Source: Acidimicrobiia bacterium (GTDB lineage Bacteria > Actinomycetota > Acidimicrobiia > Spongiisociales > Spongiisociaceae). Taken from it: a DNA stretch of 64,000 bases. Both the position numbers and the translations under genes were made by a program. Shown here piece after piece: positions 37,502 through 46,771 of the stretch. Within the stretch, counting starts at the first letter, position 1, and each line of letters begins with the position of its first letter. The notes beneath the pieces are model-generated. The model saw nothing but the letters and a program-made list of their open reading frames with translations, ran no database searches and was not told where the DNA came from. Where the stretch lies: assembly GCA_022827785.1 (NCBI GenBank), contig JAJEIM010000006.1:15842-79841 (forward strand), read 5' to 3'.

Positions 37502-39135
37502 TAGAACTCCCCGAGGCCGGCCACCCGGTAGCGGTCGATGGCCATGATTATCACTGTCGTGAGGACCATGAGCACGGTACTCAAGGCCAGTGCCTGCCCG
37601 AGATTGGCAGCCCCCGGCTGGCCGAGGAGGCGGAAGATGGCGGTAGGGATGGTCGGCCGGCCGGGTCGTATGAGGAAGGCGGTGGCTCCGAACTCGCCGA
37701 GTGACACCGCCGCCGCGAAACCGGCCCCGACCAGCGCCGCCCGGCTGATGATCGGCAGCTCCACCTCCCGGAAGACCCTCCGGGGCGAGGCTCCGAGGAC
37801 GGCGGCTGCCTCGCGGAGGCGGGGCTGCACGGATCGGAGCACCGGGGTCACCGTGCGGATCACGAACGGCGCCGCGACCACCGAATGGGCCAGCGGTATC
37901 AGCCAGACCGAAGTGCGGAGGTCCACGGGCCAATCGAAGGCGACCAGGAAGCCGAAGCCGATCGTGACCGCCGACGTACCGAGCGGGAGCATCAGGAAGG
38001 TATCGAGCCTTGCGCCCATCCGGCCGGGGCGCCGGGCGATCACCACGGCCGAGGCGAGACCGGCCGCCACGGCGGGGACCACAGCCGCCGCAGCGAACCA
38101 CAACGAGTTGACGATCGCCTCGGCGGGGTCGACGAAGGGGGTGGCGCCCCGGACCAGGCTCGCGAAATGGTCCAAACCCGGCCCGCTGGAGGTAGCGAGC
38201 GACCTCCACACGAGGGAGCCGATCGGTGCCCCGAGGTAGAGGAGCATCGAGGCGACGGTCGTTCCCACCACCAGGTACTGCCCCGCGGTGGCGGGCCGGC
38301 GGGCGACGGTGCGGCTCGAACGCAGGGGAAGCCGCCGAGCGTGGCGCCGCTGGAGGCGGGTGTACGCCCACAGGGCCGTCGCCACCCCCGCCATCTGGAC
38401 GAGCGCCAAAGCAGCGGAGGCGGCCAGGTCGAGGTTGATGGTGGCCTCCCGCCACACTGCCACCTCGATGGTTGCGTAGCTGAAGCCTCCCAGGATCAGC
38501 ACCACCCCGAAAGACGTGAAAGTGAACAGGAACACGATGGAGGCGGCCGCGGCGATCGAGGGGAGCAGGAGGGGTAGCGTGACTCGCAGGAAGGCCTGTG
38601 CCCGGTTGGCGCCCAACGCCCGTGCGGCCTCCTCGAGCCGCGGATCGAGGAGCTCCCAGAAGCTGCCCACCATGCGCACCACCACCGCGTAGTTGAAGAA
38701 CACGTGGGCGATGAGGATCGCCCAGGCCGTCTGGCGCAGATCCACGCCCAGCGGCCCGCCTGGACCCAGTAGGGCCAGGTAAGCGGCCCCCACGACCACC
38801 GTGGGCAGGACGAACGGGACCGTGACCGCCGCCCTCAGCAGCCTCCGGCCGAAGAACGAGTACCTGGCCAGGACGTAGGCGCCGGGCAGGGCGAACACCA
38901 GGGTGGCGGCTGTGGAGGCTGTGGCCTGCCACACCGTGAACCAGGCCGCGCGGCGGAGCGATCCCTTGGTGGCGATCTCCACGAACGGGGAGAGGTCCAG
39001 ACCGCCGTCGAGGGTCAGGCTCCGCAGCACCACCCGGACCAGCGGGTAGGCGAATGCGAGCCCGAAGAAGACGATGGGGACGGCGACCAGCCACCGTCCC
39101 GTCCCGTTCTTCAGGAGGCTACGACCTCGATCCAT
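37501..39135 (-). CDS. thiP: thiamine-type ABC transporter permease (duplicated TMD, ThiP/FbpB-like)
   Basis: About 544 aa with two ABC permease halves, each carrying an EAA loop (EAARALGAN..., EAAAVLGASPRRVF). Start at the internal MDRGRSLL. The 150 codons of the track ORF upstream of this overlap thiB and are rejected. Confidence 0.8.
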   Translation of the reverse strand: MDRGRSLLKNGTGRWLVAVPIVFFGLAFAYPLVRVVLRSLTLDGGLDLSPFVEIATKGSLRRAAWFTVWQATASTAATLVFALPGAYVLARYSFFGRRLLRAAVTVPFVLPTVVVGAAYLALLGPGGPLGVDLRQTAWAILIAHVFFNYAVVVRMVGSFWELLDPRLEEAARALGANRAQAFLRVTLPLLLPSIAAAASIVFLFTFTSFGVVLILGGFSYATIEVAVWREATINLDLAASAALALVQMAGVATALWAYTRLQRRHARRLPLRSSRTVARRPATAGQYLVVGTTVASMLLYLGAPIGSLVWRSLATSSGPGLDHFASLVRGATPFVDPAEAIVNSLWFAAAAVVPAVAAGLASAVVIARRPGRMGARLDTFLMLPLGTSAVTIGFGFLVAFDWPVDLRTSVWLIPLAHSVVAAPFVIRTVTPVLRSVQPRLREAAAVLGASPRRVFREVELPIISRAALVGAGFAAAVSLGEFGATAFLIRPGRPTIPTAIFRLLGQPGAANLGQALALSTVLMVLTTVIIMAIDRYRVAGLGEF

Positions 39136-40160
39136 TCCTCGATCCAGCGCGACCGGTTGGCGTCTATCTCTCCGGGAGCCACCGCAGCCGGCTGGTCCGG
39201 TATCTGGGTGTACCTGACGAACTCGTCGGGCAACTCGGCCTTCTCGTTGGCGGGGAAGACGAACATGTTGAGCGGAATGTCCTCCTGGAAGGTGAGCCCG
39301 AGCATGAAATCGACCAGCTGCCGGGCCGCGTTGGGAACCGGCGTTCCTGCCAGGATCCCGGCGAACTCGATCTGGCGGAAACATCCGGCCAGCACCACCC
39401 CCGTGGGCGCCTCGGTGACCGGCGGGTCGGCGTAGATCACCTCGGCCGGAGGCGACGATGCATACGACACCACGATCGGACGGTCCCCGCCTCCCGACCC
39501 GCCGGAGAAGGAACCGTAGTAGGCATCCTCCCACCCGGCCGTGACCAGTACATCGTTGGCCACCAGGTCCGTCCAGAAGCTCTGCCACGGGTAGTCGCCG
39601 TCTTCGCCGAAGGTGGCGATGGTCGCCAGCAGGAACGCCAGGCCGGGGGACGACGTGCCCGGATGCTCCACCACGAGCAATCCGGCGTATTCGGGGTCGG
39701 TTAGATCTCTCAGGGTGGAGGGTGGCTGGAGGCCCATCCCCGCCAGACCGGCGATGTCGTAGTTGAGGCAGACGTCCCCGAAATCGATCGGGGTCACCCT
39801 CGTGTCGAGTTCCAACGAGTCCGGAACGTCGGCGAGCCCGGGCGACTCGTACTCCTCGAACAGATCCTCGTCGAGGGCACGGCCCAGGAAGGTGTTGTCG
39901 ATGCCGAACATGACGTCCGCCACCGGGTTGTCCTTCGTGAGCACCGCCTGATTGACCATGGTGCCGGCGTCCCCGGCCTCCAGGTGCTCGACGGTATGTC
40001 CGGTCTCCGCCTCGAACGCCGCAAGCGTCCCCTCGCTGAGGTAGAAGGAGTCGTGGGTGACCAGCCGGATCGTCTGGGGACCCGAGTCCTCCGGCGTGTC
40101 CTCACCGCATCCGGCAATCATCACCACCAGGGCGACGAGGGCAATCCCGAACCTTCTCAT
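39111..40160 (-). CDS. thiB: thiamine/Fe3+-type ABC transporter substrate-binding lipoprotein (TbpA/ThiB-like)
   Basis: Start at the internal MRRFGIALVALVVMIAGCGE (signal peptide plus lipobox). The periplasmic binding protein sequence is of the TbpA family. It lies directly downstream of a TPP riboswitch. Confidence 0.8.
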   Translation of the reverse strand: MRRFGIALVALVVMIAGCGEDTPEDSGPQTIRLVTHDSFYLSEGTLAAFEAETGHTVEHLEAGDAGTMVNQAVLTKDNPVADVMFGIDNTFLGRALDEDLFEEYESPGLADVPDSLELDTRVTPIDFGDVCLNYDIAGLAGMGLQPPSTLRDLTDPEYAGLLVVEHPGTSSPGLAFLLATIATFGEDGDYPWQSFWTDLVANDVLVTAGWEDAYYGSFSGGSGGGDRPIVVSYASSPPAEVIYADPPVTEAPTGVVLAGCFRQIEFAGILAGTPVPNAARQLVDFMLGLTFQEDIPLNMFVFPANEKAELPDEFVRYTQIPDQPAAVAPGEIDANRSRWIEEWIEVVAS

Positions 40161-40199
40161 GCGCGCTCCTTCCGCCGGCCGGTTAGCGGGGGGAGGGGC

Positions 40200-40300
40200 G
40201 GAGACAACTTCCTGCGCCGGCATTATCCGGATCAGGTTCCAACGGTCGGAGACCTGCGGTCTCCCTCTCAGCCCTTCCCGGGCTCCCGTGCTTGGCACAA
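40200..40300 (-). promoter_or_regulatory. TPP (THI-box) riboswitch
   Basis: The reverse complement reads CACGGGAGCCCGGGAAGGGCUGAGAGGGAGACCGCAGGUCUCCGACCGUUGGAACCUGAUCCGGAUAAUGCCGGCGCAGGAAG. It contains the invariant CUGAGA and ACCUGAUC(C/U)GGAUAAUGCC(A/G)GCG(C/U)AGG elements. About 45 nt downstream lies the thiB SD GGAAGGAG, with a possible CUCCGCC anti-SD. Confidence 0.85.
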
Positions 40301-40693
40301 CCCTAGTGGCTGTATGCGGAATGGCCCCGGCTCCTCCTACTCGCGGCCCGGCCCGTCCTTCGGCGACAAAGGGGTTGAAACTGTCACACCGCCGCTATAC
40401 GTTGCTGGATAACCGTAAATACCAGCGTCCGGCACCGACGTCGACCGGATCGTGTGAGGGACCAAATCGTTCGAGGCCGCCTGTCGAGGGCATAGCGGGC
40501 CGCGCCTCGGACCAAGGTGGTGGCGGCGGGGGAGGGCCCAGCGGGCGGAGCCCGCTTGCCGCGATTTTCGCGTTCTTGGTCGATGGGGTGGAGGTGGCGG
40601 AGCGTGGATCGTAACGGCTGGGCCGGCGCGCGATAATCCGGCCAACGTAGGGCCAGGGCCGGATAGATACGGTGCCTGTCAGGGAGCGCCAGC

Positions 40694-41491
40694 ATGTCCA
40701 GCAGTTCACCTCGACCGGTCGTGCGGATCAGCGCGGGGGAGACCGTAGAGCGGGAGGATCTGCTTCCGGCGGAGGAGCCGGTCGAATTCCGGCTCCAAGG
40801 GGTCCCGATTGCGGTCCTGATGCGGACTCCGGGCCATGATGAGGAGTTGGCCCGGGGCTTCGCCCTTACCGAGGGCATCATCCTGCGTCCCGAGGAACTG
40901 GTGGCAGTCCGGGCTTTGCCGGGCCTGGACGGGGCAGGACGCTACGACCTGGTCCTCGCCGATGGGATCCGTGTTGACGAGGAGCAGTTCCGCCGCAACC
41001 TCTACGCCACCTCCTCGTGCGGGGTGTGCGGCAAGGCCTCCATCGATGCGGTCCGGGTGGCGGCGCCGCCCCTTCCGACCGGTCCGGTCATTCCGGCCGG
41101 GCTGCTGCTGGAACTTGTGGAGGCGATGCGCTCGGCCCAGGCCGGATTCGACGCCACCGGCGGGCTCCACGCCGCCGCCGCATTCACCGCGGAGGGCGAG
41201 TTCCTGGGTGTCCGCGAAGACGTGGGCCGGCACAACGCCATGGACAAGCTGGTGGGCGTACTCACGTCCCGCCACTGGCCCCTGGCGGAGATGGTGGTCA
41301 CCGTCTCCGGCCGGGTGTCGTTCGAGCTGGTTCAGAAGGCGGCGGTGGCCGGGATCAGCGTTCTGGCCGGCGTGTCGGCCGCCTCCTCCCTGGCGGTCGA
41401 CCTCGCCGATGAGCTCGGCCTGACCGTGGCGGGCTTCGTCAGGCCGGGCGGCTTCAACCTCTACACCCATCCCCACCGCATAGCGCCTTGA
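40694..41491 (+). CDS. fdhD: formate dehydrogenase accessory sulfurtransferase
   Basis: FdhD signature SSCGVCGK with catalytic Cys, and GGLHAAA...GRHNAMDK. Confidence 0.85.
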   Translation: MSSSSPRPVVRISAGETVEREDLLPAEEPVEFRLQGVPIAVLMRTPGHDEELARGFALTEGIILRPEELVAVRALPGLDGAGRYDLVLADGIRVDEEQFRRNLYATSSCGVCGKASIDAVRVAAPPLPTGPVIPAGLLLELVEAMRSAQAGFDATGGLHAAAAFTAEGEFLGVREDVGRHNAMDKLVGVLTSRHWPLAEMVVTVSGRVSFELVQKAAVAGISVLAGVSAASSLAVDLADELGLTVAGFVRPGGFNLYTHPHRIAP

Positions 41492-41590
41492 GGCTGCCGA
41501 GACCCTAGGTGCACACCCCGGGTTCTTCCCTATCCGGGCCGTCCCGCGCTGGAGATGGATGACCGATGAAGGTGATCCATCCCGGTTACG

Positions 41591-42241
41591 ATGCCGTGGG
41601 TGCGCTTCGTGTTGGACAGCGATCAGAATCGGGCGGCCTTCCGCGAGGCCGGTAGCTCATTCATGGACACGGTGAGCCGGATTCCGCCGGATGTGCTGGA
41701 CGATCCGGGGCTGGGGGTGTGGAGCGTTCGGGAGTTGATAGGGCACACCTGCCGCGCCCTGCTCACGGTGGAGCAGTATGCGGGCCGTGAGGCCGGCGTA
41801 CCGGGTCGGATGACCGGGCCGGCGGACTACTTCTGCGAGGTTCTAAGGGATAGGAGCATCCATGGAGCCGTTGCCGAACGCGCCGCCGACGCCGCCGCCG
41901 CTCTGGGCGACGATCCGGCATCGGCCGTGGCCGGGATCGTGGATGGCCTGTCCCGCCTCGTGGATGCGCTGCCTGACGATCACTCGATGGGTACGCCGTG
42001 GGGTGAGATGAGGCTCGCCGACTACCTGCCGACCAGGACCTTCGAGTTGGTGGTTCATACCCTCGATCTCGCCGGGGCGGTGGGCCGGGTCGGACCGGTG
42101 CCCGAGCCGGCTCTGTCGGTTGCGCTGTGGCTGGCGACCGAGATCGCGGCGCGATCGGGGCGGGCCGAGAATCTGTTGATGGCCCTGGCCGGTCGGGCGC
42201 CGCTCCCCCCGAATCTCCTCGGTCTGGGACCGGACTCCTAG
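41591..42241 (+). CDS. mycothiol-dependent maleylpyruvate isomerase N-terminal domain family protein (DinB_2-like)
   Basis: [10 protein letters not shown] metal-binding His context typical of TIGR03083/DinB_2 proteins of Actinobacteria. Confidence 0.6.
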   Translation: MPWVRFVLDSDQNRAAFREAGSSFMDTVSRIPPDVLDDPGLGVWSVRELIGHTCRALLTVEQYAGREAGVPGRMTGPADYFCEVLRDRSIHGAVAERAADAAAALGDDPASAVAGIVDGLSRLVDALPDDHSMGTPWGEMRLADYLPTRTFELVVHTLDLAGAVGRVGPVPEPALSVALWLATEIAARSGRAENLLMALAGRAPLPPNLLGLGPDS

Positions 42242-42717
42242 CCGTGCTCGGTATCGCCCTCCAATAGCTGGAGGATGTGCGGCAGCAGCGGTTCGAGTGC
42301 GTCCAGGCCCTCGGCCACCGCTTTCGGGCTGCCGGGGAGGTTCACAACCAGGCAGGCGCCGATCACCCCTGACACGCCGCGTGACAGGGAGGCCATGGGT
42401 GTGTGGCGCAGGCCTTCGGCCCGGATCAGTTCCGAAAGGCCGGCCGCCGGCCGGTCGATCAGGGCGGCGGTTGCCTCGGGGGTCACGTCCCTGGGTCCGA
42501 AGCCCGTACCGCCGGTGGTGATGATCAGCCGACGTCGTGGGGCCAGGCGCGCCAGCAACTCCTCGATAGTCTCCCGGTCATCGGGGACCACATGGCGGTC
42601 GACCCGGTAAGCCATGCCGGAAAGCCGGGCGGCCAGAACGTCCCCCGATCTGTCGGCCCGCGTTCCGTGGGTCACCCCGTCGCTGACGGTCACGGCAGAA
42701 GCCCTGATGTTGTCCAT
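42238..42717 (-). CDS. mog: molybdenum cofactor biosynthesis protein MogA/MoaB
   Basis: MoaB/MogA fold with the [14 protein letters not shown] motif. Start at the internal [11 protein letters not shown]. Confidence 0.8.
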   Translation of the reverse strand: MDNIRASAVTVSDGVTHGTRADRSGDVLAARLSGMAYRVDRHVVPDDRETIEELLARLAPRRRLIITTGGTGFGPRDVTPEATAALIDRPAAGLSELIRAEGLRHTPMASLSRGVSGVIGACLVVNLPGSPKAVAEGLDALEPLLPHILQLLEGDTEHG

Positions 42718-42792
42718 GGCCCCCATGCTACGTGCCCGTCGCGGCGCACCCCTCGCCCGATGCCAGCCACGGACCACTAGCCTACCGGCCGC

Positions 42793-43581
42793 GTGTCCTG
42801 GATCCTCCTTACCAACGACGACGGCGTGGACAGTCCCGCCCTCCCACCCTTCCGAGCCGCCCTCGGATCCCTGGGGGAGGTGCGCACGGTGGTTCCCGCC
42901 GGACAGCGAAGCTGGATCGGGAAGGCCCTGACCCGTTTCGAGCCCATCGAGGTGGCCGAAGTCGACCAGGCCGGCGCCACCGTGGTGACCGTGTCGGGCA
43001 CTCCGGCCGATGCCGTGCAGGTGGCGGCCGGATATTTCGGGTCACTGCCGAGTCTGGTGGTCTCCGGCATCAACATCGGTTACAACCACGGCGCCGGCTA
43101 CATCATCAGCTCCGGGACCGTCGGAGCGGCGTTCGAAGGATGGGAGTTGGGGATTCCCTCCGTCGCTTTCTCCACGGGTGTGCGGGGAAGCTGGCACACC
43201 TGGTACCCGTTGATGCGATCCGCTTCCTCTGCGCCGGCTTGGCAGCGTCTGGCGGCGGTCTGCTCCGACATCCTCGGCGATCTGATCGACGCCGACCTCT
43301 CCGCCGACGTGGTCACGGTCAACCTCCCGTGGGAGGCCGACCTCGGCACGCCCCGCCGGGTGGTGCCGCCCGCCCGGGTCACCTACGGGCAGATGCACCA
43401 TCGCCTTCCGGACGGGACCTTCACCCACAACTACCAGGAGGACTTCGGAGATGTCCCGCTGGATGGCACCGACATTGGTGTGAATCATGCGGGCGGGATC
43501 GCCATCACCCCGCTGATGGTCCCGGCTTCGCCCCCGGTGGCGGAGGAGGCCAGAGCCCGGCTGGAACGCTTTCGGACCTGA
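42793..43581 (+). CDS. surE: 5'/3'-nucleotidase SurE
   Basis: GTG start. [17 protein letters not shown] is the SurE N-terminal DDG motif. GINIGYNHG. Confidence 0.85.
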   Translation: MSWILLTNDDGVDSPALPPFRAALGSLGEVRTVVPAGQRSWIGKALTRFEPIEVAEVDQAGATVVTVSGTPADAVQVAAGYFGSLPSLVVSGINIGYNHGAGYIISSGTVGAAFEGWELGIPSVAFSTGVRGSWHTWYPLMRSASSAPAWQRLAAVCSDILGDLIDADLSADVVTVNLPWEADLGTPRRVVPPARVTYGQMHHRLPDGTFTHNYQEDFGDVPLDGTDIGVNHAGGIAITPLMVPASPPVAEEARARLERFRT

Positions 43582-43610
43582 CATCGAGCCGCCGGACCCA
43601 GAATCCGGTC

Positions 43611-44789
43611 TCACCCATCCTGGCGGGTGATCGCCTCGTACAGCGCGGTCGAGAGGGCGCGGGGGCGGCGGTCGGTGCCTGGTTCCATGTAGGTCTGGTT
43701 CATGGCATAGCCGAAGCCCACTTCCGCAACCGGGTCGGCATAGCCGACAGCTCCGCCGATCCCCTGCATACCGAACGCCTCGTCGTTGGGTCCCAACGAC
43801 AGGCCGCCGGGTGTGGAGCGGCCGTAGCCGAGGGCGACGCGGGATGGGTTTCCGAATACGGCATCGGTGCCCCGGGCCTGCTCGGCCGAGTGAGCGACGA
43901 CCGACTCCTCGGATACGATCCGCGCCCCGTCGATCGCTCCACCACCGGCCAGCATGGCATACAGGCGCGCCACGCTCCTGGCGTCGCCGATTCCGTTGAC
44001 CGCCGGCGCCTCCGCCGTCCAGAAGTCCGGGTCGTTGGCCAGATCGAGCGGGCTCCGCCGCTCAGGGCCGATGAAGAGAGCGGCGCCGGCGGGATTCTCG
44101 GGTGCCCAGATGACCCTCAGCAGATCGGCCGCCGGGTCGGGATCGTGCAGGAGCCTGGCCACCCGCCCGTGCTGTTCGACGGGCAGCCCGATCCAGAGCT
44201 CCAGGCCTAGGGGGCGGGCCACCTCGGCCGCGAAGAACTCCCCGAGAGTACGGCCGTCGATACGGCGCACCAGTTCCCCCACCAGCCAGCCGTAGCTGAT
44301 CGAGTGGTAGCCGAGCTTGGTTCCCGGCTCCCAGGCGAGGGGTGCCGCGGCGAGCCGGGCCGCGATCTCATCGGTGCGATGCCACCCGGCCGCGTGGTCG
44401 CCGCTTACGAGATCCCAGTACCGGGGGAAGGACGGAAGCCCGAGCGTGTGGCTGAGGATGTGCCGGACCAGCGCGGTGTCCTTGCCCTGGGCAGCGAACT
44501 CGGGCCAGTAAGCGGCTACGGGGGCGTCAACATCCATCAGGCCGCGGTCGGCCAGGATCTGGGCCACCAGCGCCGTCGGCCCCTTGGTCACCGAGAACAG
44601 GAAGACGAGCGTGTCCTCTGCCCACGGGCGATCCGGCGTCGCCATCCCGGCCCAGATGTTGACCACACACTCGCCCCCCACGTATGCGCAGAACTCGGCC
44701 CCCACCTCGCCTCGGACGGCGAAGTTCTGTTCGAACGCGTCCACGACCGGTTCGAAGCCTGCGGCTACGTGCCCGCTGATGTCGGTCAC
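43611..44789 (-). CDS. serine hydrolase, beta-lactamase/esterase class C family
   Basis: SxxK active-site motif SVTK in the FLFSVTKGPTALV context. YxN-like and C-terminal blocks are present. Confidence 0.8.
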   Translation of the reverse strand: MTDISGHVAAGFEPVVDAFEQNFAVRGEVGAEFCAYVGGECVVNIWAGMATPDRPWAEDTLVFLFSVTKGPTALVAQILADRGLMDVDAPVAAYWPEFAAQGKDTALVRHILSHTLGLPSFPRYWDLVSGDHAAGWHRTDEIAARLAAAPLAWEPGTKLGYHSISYGWLVGELVRRIDGRTLGEFFAAEVARPLGLELWIGLPVEQHGRVARLLHDPDPAADLLRVIWAPENPAGAALFIGPERRSPLDLANDPDFWTAEAPAVNGIGDARSVARLYAMLAGGGAIDGARIVSEESVVAHSAEQARGTDAVFGNPSRVALGYGRSTPGGLSLGPNDEAFGMQGIGGAVGYADPVAEVGFGYAMNQTYMEPGTDRRPRALSTALYEAITRQDG

Positions 44790-44972
44790 TGCTGGCGTTC
44801 TCTCACCCGGCGGAACACTAGGAGGGCGCCGAAACTCGGCGCAAAGTGGTCACGTGATAGCCGGTGCCCACGGACGCGGCAGGTGTTTCCCGGCCGGCTA
44901 TCAGGATCCGTATTCGTCTGCCCGCTAGTACCCTGGGGATACGTCCAGAGCGGAGGTGACGGCATCACCGAC

Positions 44973-46235
44973 ATGCGGCCGATCGAGCAGGTCGACTCCG
45001 AGGTAGCGGACCTGATCCGCCGGGATGTTGCCCGCCAGAACACCCACATCCACCTGATCGCGTCAGAGAACTTCGCGTCGCCCGCCGTCATGGAGGCGTG
45101 CGGGTCGATCTACACCAACAAGTATGCCGAGGGCTACCCGGGGCGGCGCTACTACGAGGGCTGCGAATGGGTGGATCGCCTCGAGAGCCTGGCCATCGAG
45201 CGGGCCAGGGCGCTGTTCGGCGCGGAGTACGTCAACGTGCAACCCCACTCCGGCGCCCAGGCCAACATGGGGGTCTACTTTGCTCATCTTGAACCCGGGG
45301 ATACGGTGCTCGGCCTCAGCTTGGCGGAGGGTGGCCACCTTACCCACGGCTCGCCGGTGAACTTCTCGGGTCGCCTTTATCGCTTTGTTGCCTACGGGGT
45401 CGATCGGCGCACCGAGCGGATCGACATGGACGAGGTGAGGGACAAGGCGCTTGAACATCGTCCCAAGATCGTCCTCGCCGGCTACTCCGCCTATTCCCGC
45501 CACCTCGACTACGACGCCTTCCGGTCCATAGCTGACGAGATCGGGGCGCTGTTCATGGTGGACGCGGCCCACTTCATCGGCTTGGTCGCGGGCGGGGCGT
45601 CACCCAATCCCGTGCCGATCGCCGACATGGTGACCGCCACGACCCACAAGGCGCTCCGGGGACCGCGAGGCGGCATCATCATGGCCAAGGAGCAGTACGG
45701 GGCCGGTCTCAACAAGGGGGTCTTCCCCGACATGCAGGGGGGGCCGATCATCAGCCAGATCGCGGGCAAGGCGGTCTGCTTCGGGGAGGCTTCGACGGAG
45801 GCTTACCGAGCCTACGCGCGCCAGATCGTGGCCAACGCCTCGGCCATGGCCGGCGCGTTCGTCGAGCGGGGAGTGCGGGTGGTCTCGGGGGGAACCGACA
45901 ACCACCTGCTGCTGCTCGACATGCGATCCATCGACGAGGACCTGACCGGTAAGGAAGCCTCGACCCTGCTCGACTCGATCGGGATCACCCTGAACCGCAA
46001 CGGCATCCCGTACGACCCGAGGCCGCCCTACATAACCAGCGGCCTGCGCATCGGGACGCCCGGCATCACCACCTGCGGGATGCAAGAACCCGAGGCGGCC
46101 CGGATCGCCGACCTGATCAACCGCGCCCTCCGGCACCGGACGGACGAGGCGAGAGTCAGGGAGGTCCGGAGCGAAGTCACGGAGCTGGCAGCGGCGTTCC
46201 CGCCCTATCCCCCCGACTTCCCCGGCCACGTCTAG
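44973..46235 (+). CDS. glyA: serine hydroxymethyltransferase
   Basis: LIASENFASPAVMEA, and PLP-Lys context TTHKALRGPRGG. The start is the internal ATG. The upstream part of the 643-aa track ORF is antisense to the serine hydrolase gene. Confidence 0.9.
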   Translation: MRPIEQVDSEVADLIRRDVARQNTHIHLIASENFASPAVMEACGSIYTNKYAEGYPGRRYYEGCEWVDRLESLAIERARALFGAEYVNVQPHSGAQANMGVYFAHLEPGDTVLGLSLAEGGHLTHGSPVNFSGRLYRFVAYGVDRRTERIDMDEVRDKALEHRPKIVLAGYSAYSRHLDYDAFRSIADEIGALFMVDAAHFIGLVAGGASPNPVPIADMVTATTHKALRGPRGGIIMAKEQYGAGLNKGVFPDMQGGPIISQIAGKAVCFGEASTEAYRAYARQIVANASAMAGAFVERGVRVVSGGTDNHLLLLDMRSIDEDLTGKEASTLLDSIGITLNRNGIPYDPRPPYITSGLRIGTPGITTCGMQEPEAARIADLINRALRHRTDEARVREVRSEVTELAAAFPPYPPDFPGHV

Positions 46236-46280
46236 CCGTTCGGAGAAATATCGCCGCCGGATGGTGGCCGGCCGGATCCA

Positions 46281-46360
46281 AAGCTCCTTTTTGGAATATC
46301 ATGGTAACCTAAAGTAAATTGTTAAGTTATATAACGAACTGACCATTACCAGTGGTATAT
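46281..46360 (+). promoter_or_regulatory. AT-rich island (about 33% GC) in the atp operon leader, putative promoter / nucleoid-protein site
   Basis: aagctcctttttggaatatcatggtaacctaaagtaaattgttaagttatataacgaactgaccattaccagtggtatat is the only strongly AT-rich stretch in the window. It contains TTGGAA-N17-GTAAAT-like hexamers and a GTTA-N7-TAAC dyad. Confidence 0.4.
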
Positions 46361-46468
46361 GGTCGCGTCGTGCCGCCCGTAGAACGGCCTTCGCTACCGG
46401 CGACACGGCCCGGTCGACTGCCTCTACAGTTTGTGAAGCTGATCACAAGCTTGCTACGATCCGGGCTG

Positions 46469-46771
46469 ATGCCCGAGCCCGTCGGCCAGCACCTCTCCCA
46501 TGCGGAAACTCACGGATCATCCGCGGGTTCCGCCCTCCGTACAGCACATACCGGTGTTACGGCCGCGGTCTCAGACGGATGGGTGGCGGGAAGCTCCTTT
46601 TTCGGCTCGATAATGGCCGGTACCCTGTTGGGTTGGCTGGCCGATCGATGGCTGGACACCGAACCCTGGCTCATCGTGACCGGCATCGTCCTGGGATCCG
46701 TCAACGGGTTCTATCGCATGTGGATGGTCGGCAGGATCCCCACCGGGAAGCAGCCCGTTGCCGGTCGCTGA
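46469..46771 (+). CDS. AtpZ/AtpI-like small membrane protein of the ATP synthase operon
   Basis: The C-terminal half (SSFFGSIMAGTLLGWLADRWLDTEPWLIVTGIVLGSVNGFYRMW) matches AtpZ-type proteins. The start codon is uncertain. Confidence 0.45.
   Translation: MPEPVGQHLSHAETHGSSAGSALRTAHTGVTAAVSDGWVAGSSFFGSIMAGTLLGWLADRWLDTEPWLIVTGIVLGSVNGFYRMWMVGRIPTGKQPVAGR

Noticed and set aside
35705-39094. 1129-aa ORF on the minus strand
   Set aside because: Its upstream 530 codons are in a different frame from, and fully overlap, the well-supported thiP permease gene and are low-complexity Arg/Gly/Pro sequence. Only the part from the GTG at 37501 (ABC ATPase plus extension) is credible.
44790-44972. ZTP (pfl) or glycine riboswitch upstream of glyA
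   Set aside because: The conserved GGGUCGUGAC...CCGCCUGGGCA pfl signature and the glycine-aptamer tandem architecture could not be found by eye. Only a generic inverted repeat is reported instead.
44304-46235. 643-aa plus-strand ORF
   Set aside because: The N-terminal 220 codons are antisense to the serine hydrolase gene and lack protein-like composition. glyA begins at the internal ATG 44973.
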